Of a stretch of DNA of 62,873 nucleotides, positions 38,817 to 48,978 are shown piece after piece; position 1 is the stretch's first letter, and the number at the start of each line of letters is the position of its first letter. Below the pieces are notes generated by a model that worked only from the letters and a program-made list of their open reading frames with translations, ran no database searches and was not told the origin of the DNA. This DNA comes from Bacteroidota bacterium (lineage in GTDB: Bacteria > Bacteroidota > Bacteroidia > Bacteroidales > Porphyromonadaceae): assembly GCA_023388555.1 (NCBI GenBank), contig JAEWGA010000036.1:1-62873 (forward strand). The letters are read 5' to 3'. The translations under genes were made by a program, and so were the position numbers.

Positions 38817-41117
38817 TTAAACTTTTGTTAGTTGCACAAACTTGGCTATTAAGTTTCGCTCGCCCTCTTGGTCAAAAACCACACACACTTTTACGCCAGA
38901 GGTGCTATTAAGAAAACCTTTCACAGTACCTATACCAAACATCCGGTGTTTAACTCTGTCGCCAACGGAATACCCAAAGGTTTTATTTGCTTCTTCGTTG
39001 GTGTACTCGCATTCAACATCGGGGTTTGTGCGTCGGATTCGTTTTGTATAATTCCCGGCACTCTTATGGGGCAAAGCGGATGCTCCCCTACTCCATGCAG
39101 GTGCTGCGGAAGAGGCTTGGGGACTGTTATTAAAACTGGTTCCCGAGGTGTTGTCCAATATAAACTCCTTAGGTAGCTCATCAAGGAAAGAGCTTTTTTC
39201 CCCAAATACAGTATCGCCATACTTGTATCGGCTTAAGCTATAGGATATTTGACACTCTTTCTTGGCTCGTGTTATGGCTACGTACAACAGTCGGCGCTCC
39301 TCTTCTTTTCCCTTTTCACTTTGGCATTTATCTCCAGGCATTATATCCTTTTCCATACCCACAATAAACACGTATTCATATTCCAAACCTTTGGAGGAGT
39401 GCATTGTCATTAAGGAGACAGCTTCGGAGGCATCGGGGGTGTCGGCATCTGTCGCTAAGGCCATTTGCTCCAAAAAGGTGGCTAACATACCTATTCCATC
39501 TTCTGGGGCTGTAAAGCGGACCGAGGTTTGCTCAAAGTCCCTTACCATTTTTGAGAACTCTTGTAAGGAAGCTAAGCGGTGTTCATCCTCATGCTCTTCA
39601 TCGGAATACATCTTTTCTAAGCCCGAGCGCTCTATTACATCATCTACCAATTCTACAAGGTCCATATACCTTCCATTCTGTGCAAAGCTTTGAATTAAGC
39701 AGGTAAATTCATTAAAGCTATCCGCCTTCTTTTTTAGCACAGGCTTGCATAAGGTGATGTTTTGAGCTGTTCGGAACAACGATCTACGTTCCTCTTGGGC
39801 CAAACGCTGTAACCTTTCAATACTCTTATCGCCAATCCCCCGAGCTGGCAGGTTACAAACTCTTAAAAAGGAAGCATCGTCATCTGGGTTTACAATAAGC
39901 CTCAAATAGGCTATAACATCTTTAATCTCTTTTTTATCGAAGAACGAAAGCCCGCCATATACTCTACAAGGGATAGAAAGCAGCCGTAATTGCTCCTCGA
40001 TATTTTTGCTTAGCATGTTTATGCGGTACAATACCGCAATTTCTGTTGGCGACACTCCGCGTGATATAAGTTCTTTTATTTGGGAGGCCACCTTTGCTGC
40101 TTCGGAGCGGTCGGTTAAAGCATCCCAGATGCTTATTTTTTTACCCATTTCGTTTACCGACTCAATATCCTTAGGTATGCGGGAGGTATTGTAAGATATT
40201 AAATGGTTGGAGGTCTCCACTATTGCTTGGGTCGACCTATAATTCTTTTTAAGTATGAATTGTTTAGCTTGCCTGAAAACCGACTGGAAAGAAAGTATAT
40301 TATCTATCTCGGCACCTCGGAAGGCATAAATGCTCTGCGAGTCGTCACCAACAACGGTAATCCGGGTATCTTCTCCATTTAGCAAGCGTATAATTTGGTC
40401 CTGAAGCCTATTAGTATCCTGGTATTCGTCTACTAAAATATACTTGAATCGGCGCTGGAAGTAGGCCCTTACCTCTTGGTCCGATGCCAATAACCGAAGT
40501 GTATTCAGCAGGAGGTCATCGAAGTCCATGGCGTTTGCTATTTGGCAACGCCTACAGTACTCCCCGTATATCTCTGGCAATTGCGGGTATTCAATACCAT
40601 CTTTGGACTTTTCCCACTCGGCATCAGCAGCAAGCATTTGGGGCGATTTGTTAGCGTTTTTGTACCACGATATACGTGCCTGTATTTCGGCAGGCGGATA
40701 CAGTTTAACATCCAGCTCCCTATTCTTGATAATTTGCCGGACTAATGATTGGGAGTCCGAGCTATCGTAAATGGTAAAGTTGCTCTTATAGTTAATCTTC
40801 GAGGAAAATTTGCGTAGCACTCGTGCAAAACAAGAATGAAAGGTGCCAACCGTAAGTTCTCGGACGGCAGCCGAGGGTACCATCTGCTCTAACCGTTCTC
40901 TCATTTCACGGGCAGCCTTGTTGGTAAATGTTAAGGCTATAATTTGCCACGGGAAAACACCAAGGGAGAGCAAGTAGGCGATCTTGGTGGTAAGAACACG
41001 TGTTTTTCCAGAGCCAGCACCAGCAAGAATCAAACTGTGCCCTTCGTTGTATAGTACAGCTGATTTTTGTTCGTCGTTCAGGTTTTGAATTAAAGCGTCT
41101 GGAGTGAAGGTGCTCAT
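38817..41117 (-). CDS. UvrD/PcrA ATP-dependent DNA helicase
   Basis: AGAGSGKT, TFTNKAAREM, DEYQDTN, HSSKGLEY, EEERRLLYVAITRA, C-terminal Tudor-like domain. Confidence 0.95.
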   Translation of the reverse strand: MSTFTPDALIQNLNDEQKSAVLYNEGHSLILAGAGSGKTRVLTTKIAYLLSLGVFPWQIIALTFTNKAAREMRERLEQMVPSAAVRELTVGTFHSCFARVLRKFSSKINYKSNFTIYDSSDSQSLVRQIIKNRELDVKLYPPAEIQARISWYKNANKSPQMLAADAEWEKSKDGIEYPQLPEIYGEYCRRCQIANAMDFDDLLLNTLRLLASDQEVRAYFQRRFKYILVDEYQDTNRLQDQIIRLLNGEDTRITVVGDDSQSIYAFRGAEIDNILSFQSVFRQAKQFILKKNYRSTQAIVETSNHLISYNTSRIPKDIESVNEMGKKISIWDALTDRSEAAKVASQIKELISRGVSPTEIAVLYRINMLSKNIEEQLRLLSIPCRVYGGLSFFDKKEIKDVIAYLRLIVNPDDDASFLRVCNLPARGIGDKSIERLQRLAQEERRSLFRTAQNITLCKPVLKKKADSFNEFTCLIQSFAQNGRYMDLVELVDDVIERSGLEKMYSDEEHEDEHRLASLQEFSKMVRDFEQTSVRFTAPEDGIGMLATFLEQMALATDADTPDASEAVSLMTMHSSKGLEYEYVFIVGMEKDIMPGDKCQSEKGKEEERRLLYVAITRAKKECQISYSLSRYKYGDTVFGEKSSFLDELPKEFILDNTSGTSFNNSPQASSAAPAWSRGASALPHKSAGNYTKRIRRTNPDVECEYTNEEANKTFGYSVGDRVKHRMFGIGTVKGFLNSTSGVKVCVVFDQEGERNLIAKFVQLTKV

Positions 41118-41335
41118 TTGAAAAGAAGTGCCAATAAATAGGGAGTGGAAAAAAACAATAGAGTGTGCCAACAAGGCACATAAGGTAGTGGGCAAAGGTA
41201 CGTATTTTGTGCTTAGTAGCTTTACGGCAATTAGCCAAGTAACCTTAATATAACAGCACAACAGCCCATGAGCGGAGGCCCAAAGGCATTGTGTTATGCG
41301 CTACTATTGGAGTTTTAATTTTACCAACGCTTGGA

Positions 41336-42103
41336 TTAAAAAGAAATCTCTAACCCATCATAAGCCGGGTATATATTGGGAGGAAGTAACTCTTGGATAT
41401 CGGAGTGCCTCCCAAACGTGTGGGCAAAATGAATCAGGTAAGTTGTTTTAGGAGATATCTGCCGTATTACCTCAAGGGCTTCTTCCAGGTGCAAATGAGA
41501 AGGGTGAGGATAGGTGCGCAGGCAGTTAATAATTAATATGGGTATTTGTTTAATGCTTTCTATTGTTTCGGTTGGAAGTGTTTTGCAATCCGTTATATAG
41601 GCCAAATTTCCAATCCGAAAGCCCACAATGGGTAATTTCCCATGAAACACACGCAAGGGCAGTACTGTTGCGTTATTGGACAACACAATAGGCTCTTGTG
41701 GGTGCATGGTTCTCAGCTCTATTTTAGGCACTCCGGGGTATGTTTTTTCGCCAAAGGCGTAAGGCATTCGGGTTTGTAGTGCCTCTGCAACATTCGGCTC
41801 TACATATATGGGGCAAGCATCGGAGTTGTAGAATAGCGGACGTATATCATCAATCCCCCCTACATGGTCATAATGTTCGTGAGTAACAAAAATGGCATCT
41901 AATGCTGGAAGGGGCGATCGTAGTATTTGCTGACGGAAGTCGGGACCACAATCAATAAGAACATGGTGGCCGTTGTACTGCACATAGGCAGAGGTGCGCA
42001 AGCGTTTATCCTTGACGTCCGAAGAGGTACAAGTGTTACAAGTACACCCAATTTCTGGCACTCCAGTGGAGGTCCCCGTGCCTAAAAAGCGTAGTGTATT
42101 CAT
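41336..42103 (-). CDS. MBL-fold metallohydrolase (PhnP-like)
   Basis: LGTGTSTGVP..C.C..C, THEHYDH. Confidence 0.9.
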   Translation of the reverse strand: MNTLRFLGTGTSTGVPEIGCTCNTCTSSDVKDKRLRTSAYVQYNGHHVLIDCGPDFRQQILRSPLPALDAIFVTHEHYDHVGGIDDIRPLFYNSDACPIYVEPNVAEALQTRMPYAFGEKTYPGVPKIELRTMHPQEPIVLSNNATVLPLRVFHGKLPIVGFRIGNLAYITDCKTLPTETIESIKQIPILIINCLRTYPHPSHLHLEEALEVIRQISPKTTYLIHFAHTFGRHSDIQELLPPNIYPAYDGLEISF

Positions 42104-42109
42104 GGTTTG

Positions 42110-43159
42110 TTACTGGGCGGTGAAAGCTTCTGCTATGGGAGTTAGGGTATTAGCGGAAACCGTCCTCACTTCTGGCTGTAAACGAATGCCAAATTTATCC
42201 AGTACCTCCTGCTGTATTTGTTGGCTAAAAGTTTCTATTTCATGCCCTGTGGCATTGCCCGTATTAATTATAACCAAGGGCTGATTTTTATGGCAACCAA
42301 CATTACCAACCACCTTCCCCTTATACCCACATTGCTCTATTAACCATGCGGCAGGTATCTTATACCCATCTTGCTGGGCATAGTAGGGTATGTTGGGGAT
42401 TTTTTCTGTTAATGCCTTAAAGCTATCGGGTGGAAGAACGGGGTTGGTGAAAAAGCTACCGGCATTAGGCAAAACTTCGGGATCGGGAAGTTTTTGCTGC
42501 CTCGTTTGTATAACAAGGTTGCGGATATCGGTAGGGGTAGAGGGCGAAGTACCTTCTTCAAGCGTCTTAAAATAAGACAGGTTAGGGCATCCATTCCTTT
42601 TTAACAAGAATTCCACCGCATATATTACGTAATAGTTCATTGGGGCGGTTTTAAAAATGGAGTGCCGGTACTTGTAGTCGCATTCTGTTCTCGTAAAAAT
42701 GCATTCCTCACCTGTAGCAAGGTTTACTGTGTGCACCCGTTTAACTATGGACTCTATTTCTACCCCATAAGCACCTATATTTTGTGCTGCTGCAGCCCCC
42801 GTATCGCCAGGGATAAGGGAAAGGTTCTCCATTCCCCACAGGTTTTGCAAGCATACTTCCTCTACCAACTTATCCCAGCATTTGCCTGCCCCCACCTTTA
42901 TTAATACATTACCCTCGTTATCCTCGGATAAAAACTCAACTTCATTGTTGGACATATGCACGAGCGCTCCCTCAAAATCTTGCGTAAACAGCAAGTTACT
43001 CCCTTGCCCAATAAGGGTAAAGGGGAGGGTCCGAAAGTATTCGTCGGCACTTAGTTTTTTTAGCTCCTGAACGGTTTCGCATGTAATAAAATATTTACAT
43101 TTTGCTGGCAACCGAAAGGTATTGAAGTGGGTAAGTATATAATCCGTTTGAATAGTCAT
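42110..43159 (-). CDS. murB: UDP-N-acetylmuramate dehydrogenase
   Basis: GQGSNLL, ENLSLIPG, QNIGAYG, NAGSFF.NP, AAWLIEQCG. Confidence 0.95.
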   Translation of the reverse strand: MTIQTDYILTHFNTFRLPAKCKYFITCETVQELKKLSADEYFRTLPFTLIGQGSNLLFTQDFEGALVHMSNNEVEFLSEDNEGNVLIKVGAGKCWDKLVEEVCLQNLWGMENLSLIPGDTGAAAAQNIGAYGVEIESIVKRVHTVNLATGEECIFTRTECDYKYRHSIFKTAPMNYYVIYAVEFLLKRNGCPNLSYFKTLEEGTSPSTPTDIRNLVIQTRQQKLPDPEVLPNAGSFFTNPVLPPDSFKALTEKIPNIPYYAQQDGYKIPAAWLIEQCGYKGKVVGNVGCHKNQPLVIINTGNATGHEIETFSQQIQQEVLDKFGIRLQPEVRTVSANTLTPIAEAFTAQ

Positions 43160-43185
43160 AGGGGCGTAAGGTTACAGAAACAAAA

Positions 43186-43228
43186 AACACCTTCCCTGCA
43201 AACATAAAAGCTATGAAGGGAAGGTGTT
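43186..43228 (-). terminator. Probable terminator after the SPOR gene
   Basis: aacaccttccct / agggaaggtgtt stem. Confidence 0.6.
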
Positions 43229-43290
43229 ATGTTTATACCATCTCGTTACAGAGACCGGTTATAAGGGTGTTGTTCAAAACAAATACATCG

Positions 43291-43752
43291 TTAGTAGGCT
43301 CGTTCCAGAATCCATGCATCTTGGAATAAGGGCGCATACTTAGCTTTAATGTTTTCGCGGCTTGCAATAGCCTCGTTTTTGTTATCAAAACTTGTGATGA
43401 TTACCCGGAACATCCCCTTTTCGTTTTGAGCTAAAATGGCCCGGTAGCCTTCCGAAACCATTCTCTCTTTTAGGGATTTCGCGTTGGTAATGTTTTGAAA
43501 ACTACCAATAACTACGCTGTAAGCCCGGAGCCCATTAGCATCCTCCCCTTGTGCAGGTTGAATTTTTTCGCGTACCACAGCAGCGGACTCGCCAGCCTTG
43601 CTAATAGGTACAATTTCATCGTTATTGCTTTGGGCTATTTCGCGTTGTTTTGCCTTTTCGTAAACAGCCCTATAAGCACTTTGTTTGGGCTTGCAAGAAG
43701 TGAAGCCTGCAACTATAAAAAGTGCCGAAAGTAGTATTGTAAACTTTTTCAT
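43291..43752 (-). CDS. SPOR-domain lipoprotein
   Basis: Lipobox FTSC; YSVVIGSF...NA, FRVII.SF, DAWIL. Confidence 0.88.
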   Translation of the reverse strand: MKKFTILLSALFIVAGFTSCKPKQSAYRAVYEKAKQREIAQSNNDEIVPISKAGESAAVVREKIQPAQGEDANGLRAYSVVIGSFQNITNAKSLKERMVSEGYRAILAQNEKGMFRVIITSFDNKNEAIASRENIKAKYAPLFQDAWILERAY

Positions 43753-43796
43753 TTCCTGTTTTTATGTTTATGGTTTATTTGCCTAAATGATAGCAA

Positions 43797-43804
43797 CAAA
43801 AGTA
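43797..43804 (-). promoter_or_regulatory. Bacteroidota -7 promoter element
   Basis: TACTTTTG upstream of the SPOR gene. Confidence 0.45.
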
Positions 43805-43843
43805 ATATAAATAGACCGACAATACAACCCTATGTATTACGGA

Positions 43844-45859
43844 TTAAAACAAGGGGCGTGGTATGTATTCCAGTTGTAGGTTGCGCATTTCGCCTATAAT
43901 GCCGTCGCCAGCAAGGCCCAAGGGCAGGTAAAAGGTAGGTTGCAAATACATTTTTGCGGTATGGCCATTGGCATTGGGCTTCCCTTGCACTAATGTAGGA
44001 GAGAGTTTTTGCACTTTCCCGTCCAGTGTTACTGTGGTAGTATTGTGAGTACCCGAAATAGTGATGGTATGCCATTCACCACGTGATAGGGCTGGGAGTT
44101 CGTTCAGGGTGAATGTTTTACCCTCTCGTTGCAACTGTAATTTACCCTCTGCATTTAATGTTATATCAAACCCGTCGTACGAAAGGATGCAAGGCATAGC
44201 TGCCTGTATGTCGTCGATACGGATATCGAAACGGAAGGTATAGTTGTATCCAATAACCTTATCTCCAATTTTTACGCTTTTACCGGTTAGGGCAAAGCTT
44301 CCGGCATTACGCCAATTGTTATTGAGTTGGTAAAGGTCGGAAGGGGATATATACCCTCTATAATCGTGCCCTGATGGTAATTCGGGGTTAACAGTCACAT
44401 TCTTAATAAAGTCCAAGAAGGAGAACTGCGGTTTCTCGTTCCAGGTTTTTGTTGCAATAGTGGCTATGGCAGGCAAAGCCCGGATATGAATATCTTCGGC
44501 GGTAATACCGTTACCCACATGGTCGTTCCATACAGCAAACATGGCTCCCAACAAGGCGGGGTCGTTGTCGTCCATTGTTTCTTTGGGGTTAACCATGGCA
44601 GCCCTCCAGTTGTTGTACAAATATTTATGGTTTAAAAAGTCGTAGTAATAACCTGCTGCGGGGACAATATAGAGCCAAGCGTCGCAGGTGGAAATTATTC
44701 CAGCCCCCTGCTTTGCACTACCTATAGGGTTACTCCAACCGCCATTCCAGGCATTGGAGATTACCCCATTAAGGTCGATAGGCGTTTTCCCGTCCAGCAT
44801 CCTGAGGGATCCCCATAGGCGAGGCGTTTTCCCAAAGGATTTTATGTATTTCAAATACCTGTCCGTAAATGCCCTAAAAGGTTCTAACTCCTTTTTAGAG
44901 TATTCATCGGTACCTATGTGAACGTCTTTGCCTATAAACACGGGGTCTGGGCCAGTTAGGTATTCAGCATATAAAGAGTCTACAAAAGAGTATGTTGCCT
45001 CTTTGTGCAGGTCCAAATGGTCCTTCCCATAGTCGTTGCTACCTATCTCGGGCCTAAAATGGACAAAGGCCAACGAGTGGGCGGGCACATCTACCTCGGG
45101 AATAATATTCACGCCATAACGTTGGGCTTTACGTTGCAGCTCCTGGAATTCTTTTTTTGTGTAGTGGCCATCTTTTGCTGTTAGCCCTGGGAAGTAGTTA
45201 CTCTCCAAGCGGAAAGCGGCATATGTTTTATCCCAATCGTGGTCGAAAAAGGTATTAAACCCATTATCATTAAGGTGTATCTGGAACTCGTTCATCTTAT
45301 AGTACGACAGCAGTTCCACATAATAATCCAAAAATGCCAAAGGGATAAATTTGCGCCCAACGTCCAACATAAATCCGCGCGACTTCCTGTCCGGGGCATC
45401 TACAATTGTACCTAAGGGCAGTTTGTTATTGGTTTTACTTGCCAGTTGGAGTAAGCTACGAGTGCCCCATATTATTCCCTGATACGAACGGGCTTCTATG
45501 CGCACCCCTTGCTCTGCTATTACAAGTCGGTAGCCTTCTGGGCTTTTAAAAGGCAGGCTTTCATCCCAAAACAAAACAACCTGTGCAAGGTCTCCTTGGG
45601 TAACGTTGGCGGTTAACCGCAGGTAGCGGGAGAAGTCGTCCCGAAGAATGGTAGCTGCGTCTCTTATTTCGGGCCTATTGTATTGTATTGCCACCAAAGA
45701 GGGTAAACTGTAAACTCCTTTGGAGCTGGCTGGGTGCCATTCTTTAACTTCGGGGACTATAGGTGGCTTTTGTGCTTTAGCCCCAATGGTGCCTGCTGGC
45801 AAAAACAATAGCAGCAATAACAAATAGCTGTTGTTACGAATTCGTTTCATAAATTGCAT
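43844..45859 (-). CDS. GH20 beta-N-acetylhexosaminidase family protein
   Basis: RGFMLDVGR, QIHLNDN, PEVDVPAH, HIGTDE, AVWND; signal peptide. Confidence 0.92.
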   Translation of the reverse strand: MQFMKRIRNNSYLLLLLLFLPAGTIGAKAQKPPIVPEVKEWHPASSKGVYSLPSLVAIQYNRPEIRDAATILRDDFSRYLRLTANVTQGDLAQVVLFWDESLPFKSPEGYRLVIAEQGVRIEARSYQGIIWGTRSLLQLASKTNNKLPLGTIVDAPDRKSRGFMLDVGRKFIPLAFLDYYVELLSYYKMNEFQIHLNDNGFNTFFDHDWDKTYAAFRLESNYFPGLTAKDGHYTKKEFQELQRKAQRYGVNIIPEVDVPAHSLAFVHFRPEIGSNDYGKDHLDLHKEATYSFVDSLYAEYLTGPDPVFIGKDVHIGTDEYSKKELEPFRAFTDRYLKYIKSFGKTPRLWGSLRMLDGKTPIDLNGVISNAWNGGWSNPIGSAKQGAGIISTCDAWLYIVPAAGYYYDFLNHKYLYNNWRAAMVNPKETMDDNDPALLGAMFAVWNDHVGNGITAEDIHIRALPAIATIATKTWNEKPQFSFLDFIKNVTVNPELPSGHDYRGYISPSDLYQLNNNWRNAGSFALTGKSVKIGDKVIGYNYTFRFDIRIDDIQAAMPCILSYDGFDITLNAEGKLQLQREGKTFTLNELPALSRGEWHTITISGTHNTTTVTLDGKVQKLSPTLVQGKPNANGHTAKMYLQPTFYLPLGLAGDGIIGEMRNLQLEYIPRPLF

Positions 45860-45872
45860 AAGTAGTGGGTGC

Positions 45873-46682
45873 TTATTTTATGATGGTTACCTTAATTATT
45901 TTCATATCCTTCTTAGGGCGGTCAAATTTATCTTTAGGCTGAGCCGCTATTTGGTCTATAAGCTCCAGTCCTTCTGTAATTTCTCCGTAAATGGTATAAT
46001 CCTCGTTCCATGTTGGCAGCCCCCCTATTGTTGTGTATGCCTGTCGTTGATCGTTGGTAAAAAAGAGTTTTTTAGGCGATGCCATTAGTATAGAATCCAT
46101 GGCTGCATTAATTGCCTTAGCTTTGGCATTATAGGCTTTGGGGTCCTCCTTTTTCAGTTTTTCCATCTCCTCCTTTATTGGAGCATACAGTTGTTGCAAA
46201 GCTTTTTTCTTAATTGGGTTGTTGTTGGCTAACTCTAAAGTATCCAACTTGCCCGCGGTATAAACTTTGCCTTGGATAATAAAGAACTGAGACATGTCCG
46301 ACTTGTTTTGCGGGTTAATGGACTTCTCCTGCCGGGGTGCTGCTAAAGCACCTTTTTTGTAGAAGTACTGCTTGGAGCTTTCGGGCATAATCTCCTTGCT
46401 CCTATCACCAGCACCTACTCTAACCCCGGGAGCTGCCCCGCGGGAGTCTGCCGCACCACCCTGAATCATAAAGCCAGTTATAACACGGGTAAATAGGGTG
46501 TTATTGTAAGCTCCTTCCTGGGCGTTTTTAACAAACGTTTTGGCATGGTTTGGAACGTCGTCGTAAAGGAAGCCTTTAAGTGTTCCAAGGTTTGTTGTTA
46601 TTTCAAATTTAACGTTTTGTGCGTATGCTACCGAGCAACACCAAAACAAAAATAGGCTAAGGGCTGTAAATCGTAGTTTCAT
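45873..46682 (-). CDS. Cyclophilin-type peptidylprolyl isomerase
   Basis: FTRVITGFMIQGG, GALAA, SQFFII, YTIYGEI. Confidence 0.88.
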   Translation of the reverse strand: MKLRFTALSLFLFWCCSVAYAQNVKFEITTNLGTLKGFLYDDVPNHAKTFVKNAQEGAYNNTLFTRVITGFMIQGGAADSRGAAPGVRVGAGDRSKEIMPESSKQYFYKKGALAAPRQEKSINPQNKSDMSQFFIIQGKVYTAGKLDTLELANNNPIKKKALQQLYAPIKEEMEKLKKEDPKAYNAKAKAINAAMDSILMASPKKLFFTNDQRQAYTTIGGLPTWNEDYTIYGEITEGLELIDQIAAQPKDKFDRPKKDMKIIKVTIIK

Positions 46683-46719
46683 ACAGGTGCAATGATAAGG
46701 TGTAAAATAACATAACTAT

Positions 46720-48030
46720 TTACCGGAAGCGAATCCACTGGATAAACTCTTTGAGGCTGGGCTTTTTCCCGTACATTAAAATTCCAACACGGAAAATTTT
46801 AGCAGCACACCAAACCAACAGAATCGTACTACCTACTAATATAAGTAAAGAAAGCAATATTTGCCACCAAGGAGGGTTAAAAAGAAGGCGTACCATCATA
46901 ACCATAGGAGAGGTTAACGGGATAACAGAGGTCCATAAAGCGAGCGTGCTATCGGGGTTATTAGCGGCATAAATACCTAAGTATAGCCCTAACACCAAAA
47001 GAATGGACATAGGAGCCATTGTTTGGTTAAGGTCTTCATCACTATCCACCGAAGCCCCAATAGCAGCATAAACCGAGGCATAAATGAAGTACCCACAAAT
47101 AAAGTAAACAAAGAAAGCTACAATTAAGAATGGGATATTTAAGGTACCCAAGGTGGATGTTATCAGGGCAAAATCGGAACTTATATTGGGTGCTTCTACT
47201 GCAATCCTTTGGCTTATCTCGGAGAGGTTAAAGCTTGCAGTACTCAGGAAGAAAAGCTGAGTAACAATAAACCCAATAACAAATAAAATAGCCCATAAAG
47301 CCATTTGGGTTAACCCTACTAAGCCTATCCCTACAATTTTCCCAAACAAGAGTGTTTTAGGGGTTACCGAGGATATGATAATTTCCACTAACCTACTCTT
47401 TTTTTCTTCTCTCACCCCTTGCATTACCATCATACCATACATCATAACAAATAGGTAAATAAGGATATTAAGAAGCTGCCCAACACCGTTGGCGAAGCTA
47501 CTGGAAACGTTTTTTTCGCCACCAGAGTCCCATCTAACCGAGCTAATATCCAGCCGCACCTTGCTATCCTGTATTATCTTTTCCAAATTTGGAATGTTGT
47601 AGGTGTTTAATTTTTCTTGGTACACTACGGGGGTTAAGTCGGCCCTCACCTTCTTCTTCAAGTCCTCTGGAATAGTCCTATCGGAATAAATACGTATAGC
47701 TCCAGGGTTTTCCATCAGGTTGCTGGTTATTTGTACGTAAGCGAACACGTTGGGGTCGTTAGCTTTACGGTATTCCTCAAGATCTTTGCTGGCACTAATA
47801 AACTTAAACTGGGAGTCGGGTGTAAGGTAAGAGGCATATTTATTTGTACTATCCAATACCACCACAACTTTTTGCTCTCCGTCTCCCGTAGAGGTTATTA
47901 GCAGGGTTAGCACCAGTATAAAAAAAATCCCCAGTATAGGTGTTAGGAAGGTAAACAGCAGGAACGAGCGTTTTTTCACTCTAAAAGTGTACTCTCGTAA
48001 TAGGATGGTCCAAAACTTATTACTGTTCAT
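46720..48030 (-). CDS. ABC-2 type transporter permease (NatB-like)
   Basis: EEKKSRLVEII, LLFGKIVG, IPLTSPMVM. Confidence 0.9.
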   Translation of the reverse strand: MNSNKFWTILLREYTFRVKKRSFLLFTFLTPILGIFFILVLTLLITSTGDGEQKVVVVLDSTNKYASYLTPDSQFKFISASKDLEEYRKANDPNVFAYVQITSNLMENPGAIRIYSDRTIPEDLKKKVRADLTPVVYQEKLNTYNIPNLEKIIQDSKVRLDISSVRWDSGGEKNVSSSFANGVGQLLNILIYLFVMMYGMMVMQGVREEKKSRLVEIIISSVTPKTLLFGKIVGIGLVGLTQMALWAILFVIGFIVTQLFFLSTASFNLSEISQRIAVEAPNISSDFALITSTLGTLNIPFLIVAFFVYFICGYFIYASVYAAIGASVDSDEDLNQTMAPMSILLVLGLYLGIYAANNPDSTLALWTSVIPLTSPMVMMVRLLFNPPWWQILLSLLILVGSTILLVWCAAKIFRVGILMYGKKPSLKEFIQWIRFR

Positions 48031-48042
48031 AGCTATACCATA

Positions 48043-48978
48043 TTAATTAAGGTTAGGGGAGGAAGCGGTAACGGTATTAACAAAGATATCGTGCATGGAG
48101 GGTAGTAGTTCTTCAAACTTCAAGATATCGCCTTGGGTTAAAAGGAACTTCACAATTTCATTGTTACTCATATGCTGGGTATTGTTTAGCGTTAGGGTTT
48201 GTTGCCCAAGCAGGTTAACGTCGGCATGTGTTGTTGGTAGCATATCCCAGTTTTGGTATTGTACCGGACTGGAAAACTGCACCAAATATTTACTACCCCG
48301 GTATTGGTTTTGGATTTCTGTAATATTCCCTTGCAATATCACTTTGGAGTTATTGATGAGGGCTATGTTGTCGCACATTTGCTCTACACTCTGCATGTTG
48401 TGTGTAGAGAAGATGATGGTATGGCCTTGCTCCTTTAACCTAACCATTTCGGTTTTTAGGAGGTCCGCATTTACGGGGTCGAATCCACTAAACGGTTCAT
48501 CGAAAATTAAGAGTTTAGGCTCGTGAATAACCGTTATTATGAATTGGACTTTTTGTGCCATTCCCTTCGAGAGTTCTTCCACTTTCTTGTTCCACCAGTC
48601 GGATATCCCAAAGCGTTCAAACCACTCCCGTAATTTTTGTGTAGCCGTTTTCTTAGTGAGCCCCTTCAGCTGCGCCAAATATATAGCTTGCTCTGCCACC
48701 TTCATTTTTCGGTACAGTCCTCGTTCCTCGGGCAAATAGCCAATTTGGCACAAATCGGTTTCCAAGAAGGGGCGCCCTTCAAACAACACCTCACCTTTAT
48801 CGGGGGCAGTAATTCTGTTCAAAATACGTATCAAGGTTGTTTTACCAGCGCCATTAGGCCCTAACAAGCCAAATATCTGTCCTCGGGGTATTGCTACGGA
48901 CACGTGGTCCAAAGCCCGGTGTTGTGCATAATCTTTAACGACATCCTTAGTTTCTACCAAGTAGGGGGTGTTGTTCAT
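48043..48978 (-). CDS. ABC transporter ATP-binding protein
   Basis: GPNGAGKTT, LSKGMAQK, DEPFSG. Confidence 0.93.
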   Translation of the reverse strand: MNNTPYLVETKDVVKDYAQHRALDHVSVAIPRGQIFGLLGPNGAGKTTLIRILNRITAPDKGEVLFEGRPFLETDLCQIGYLPEERGLYRKMKVAEQAIYLAQLKGLTKKTATQKLREWFERFGISDWWNKKVEELSKGMAQKVQFIITVIHEPKLLIFDEPFSGFDPVNADLLKTEMVRLKEQGHTIIFSTHNMQSVEQMCDNIALINNSKVILQGNITEIQNQYRGSKYLVQFSSPVQYQNWDMLPTTHADVNLLGQQTLTLNNTQHMSNNEIVKFLLTQGDILKFEELLPSMHDIFVNTVTASSPNLN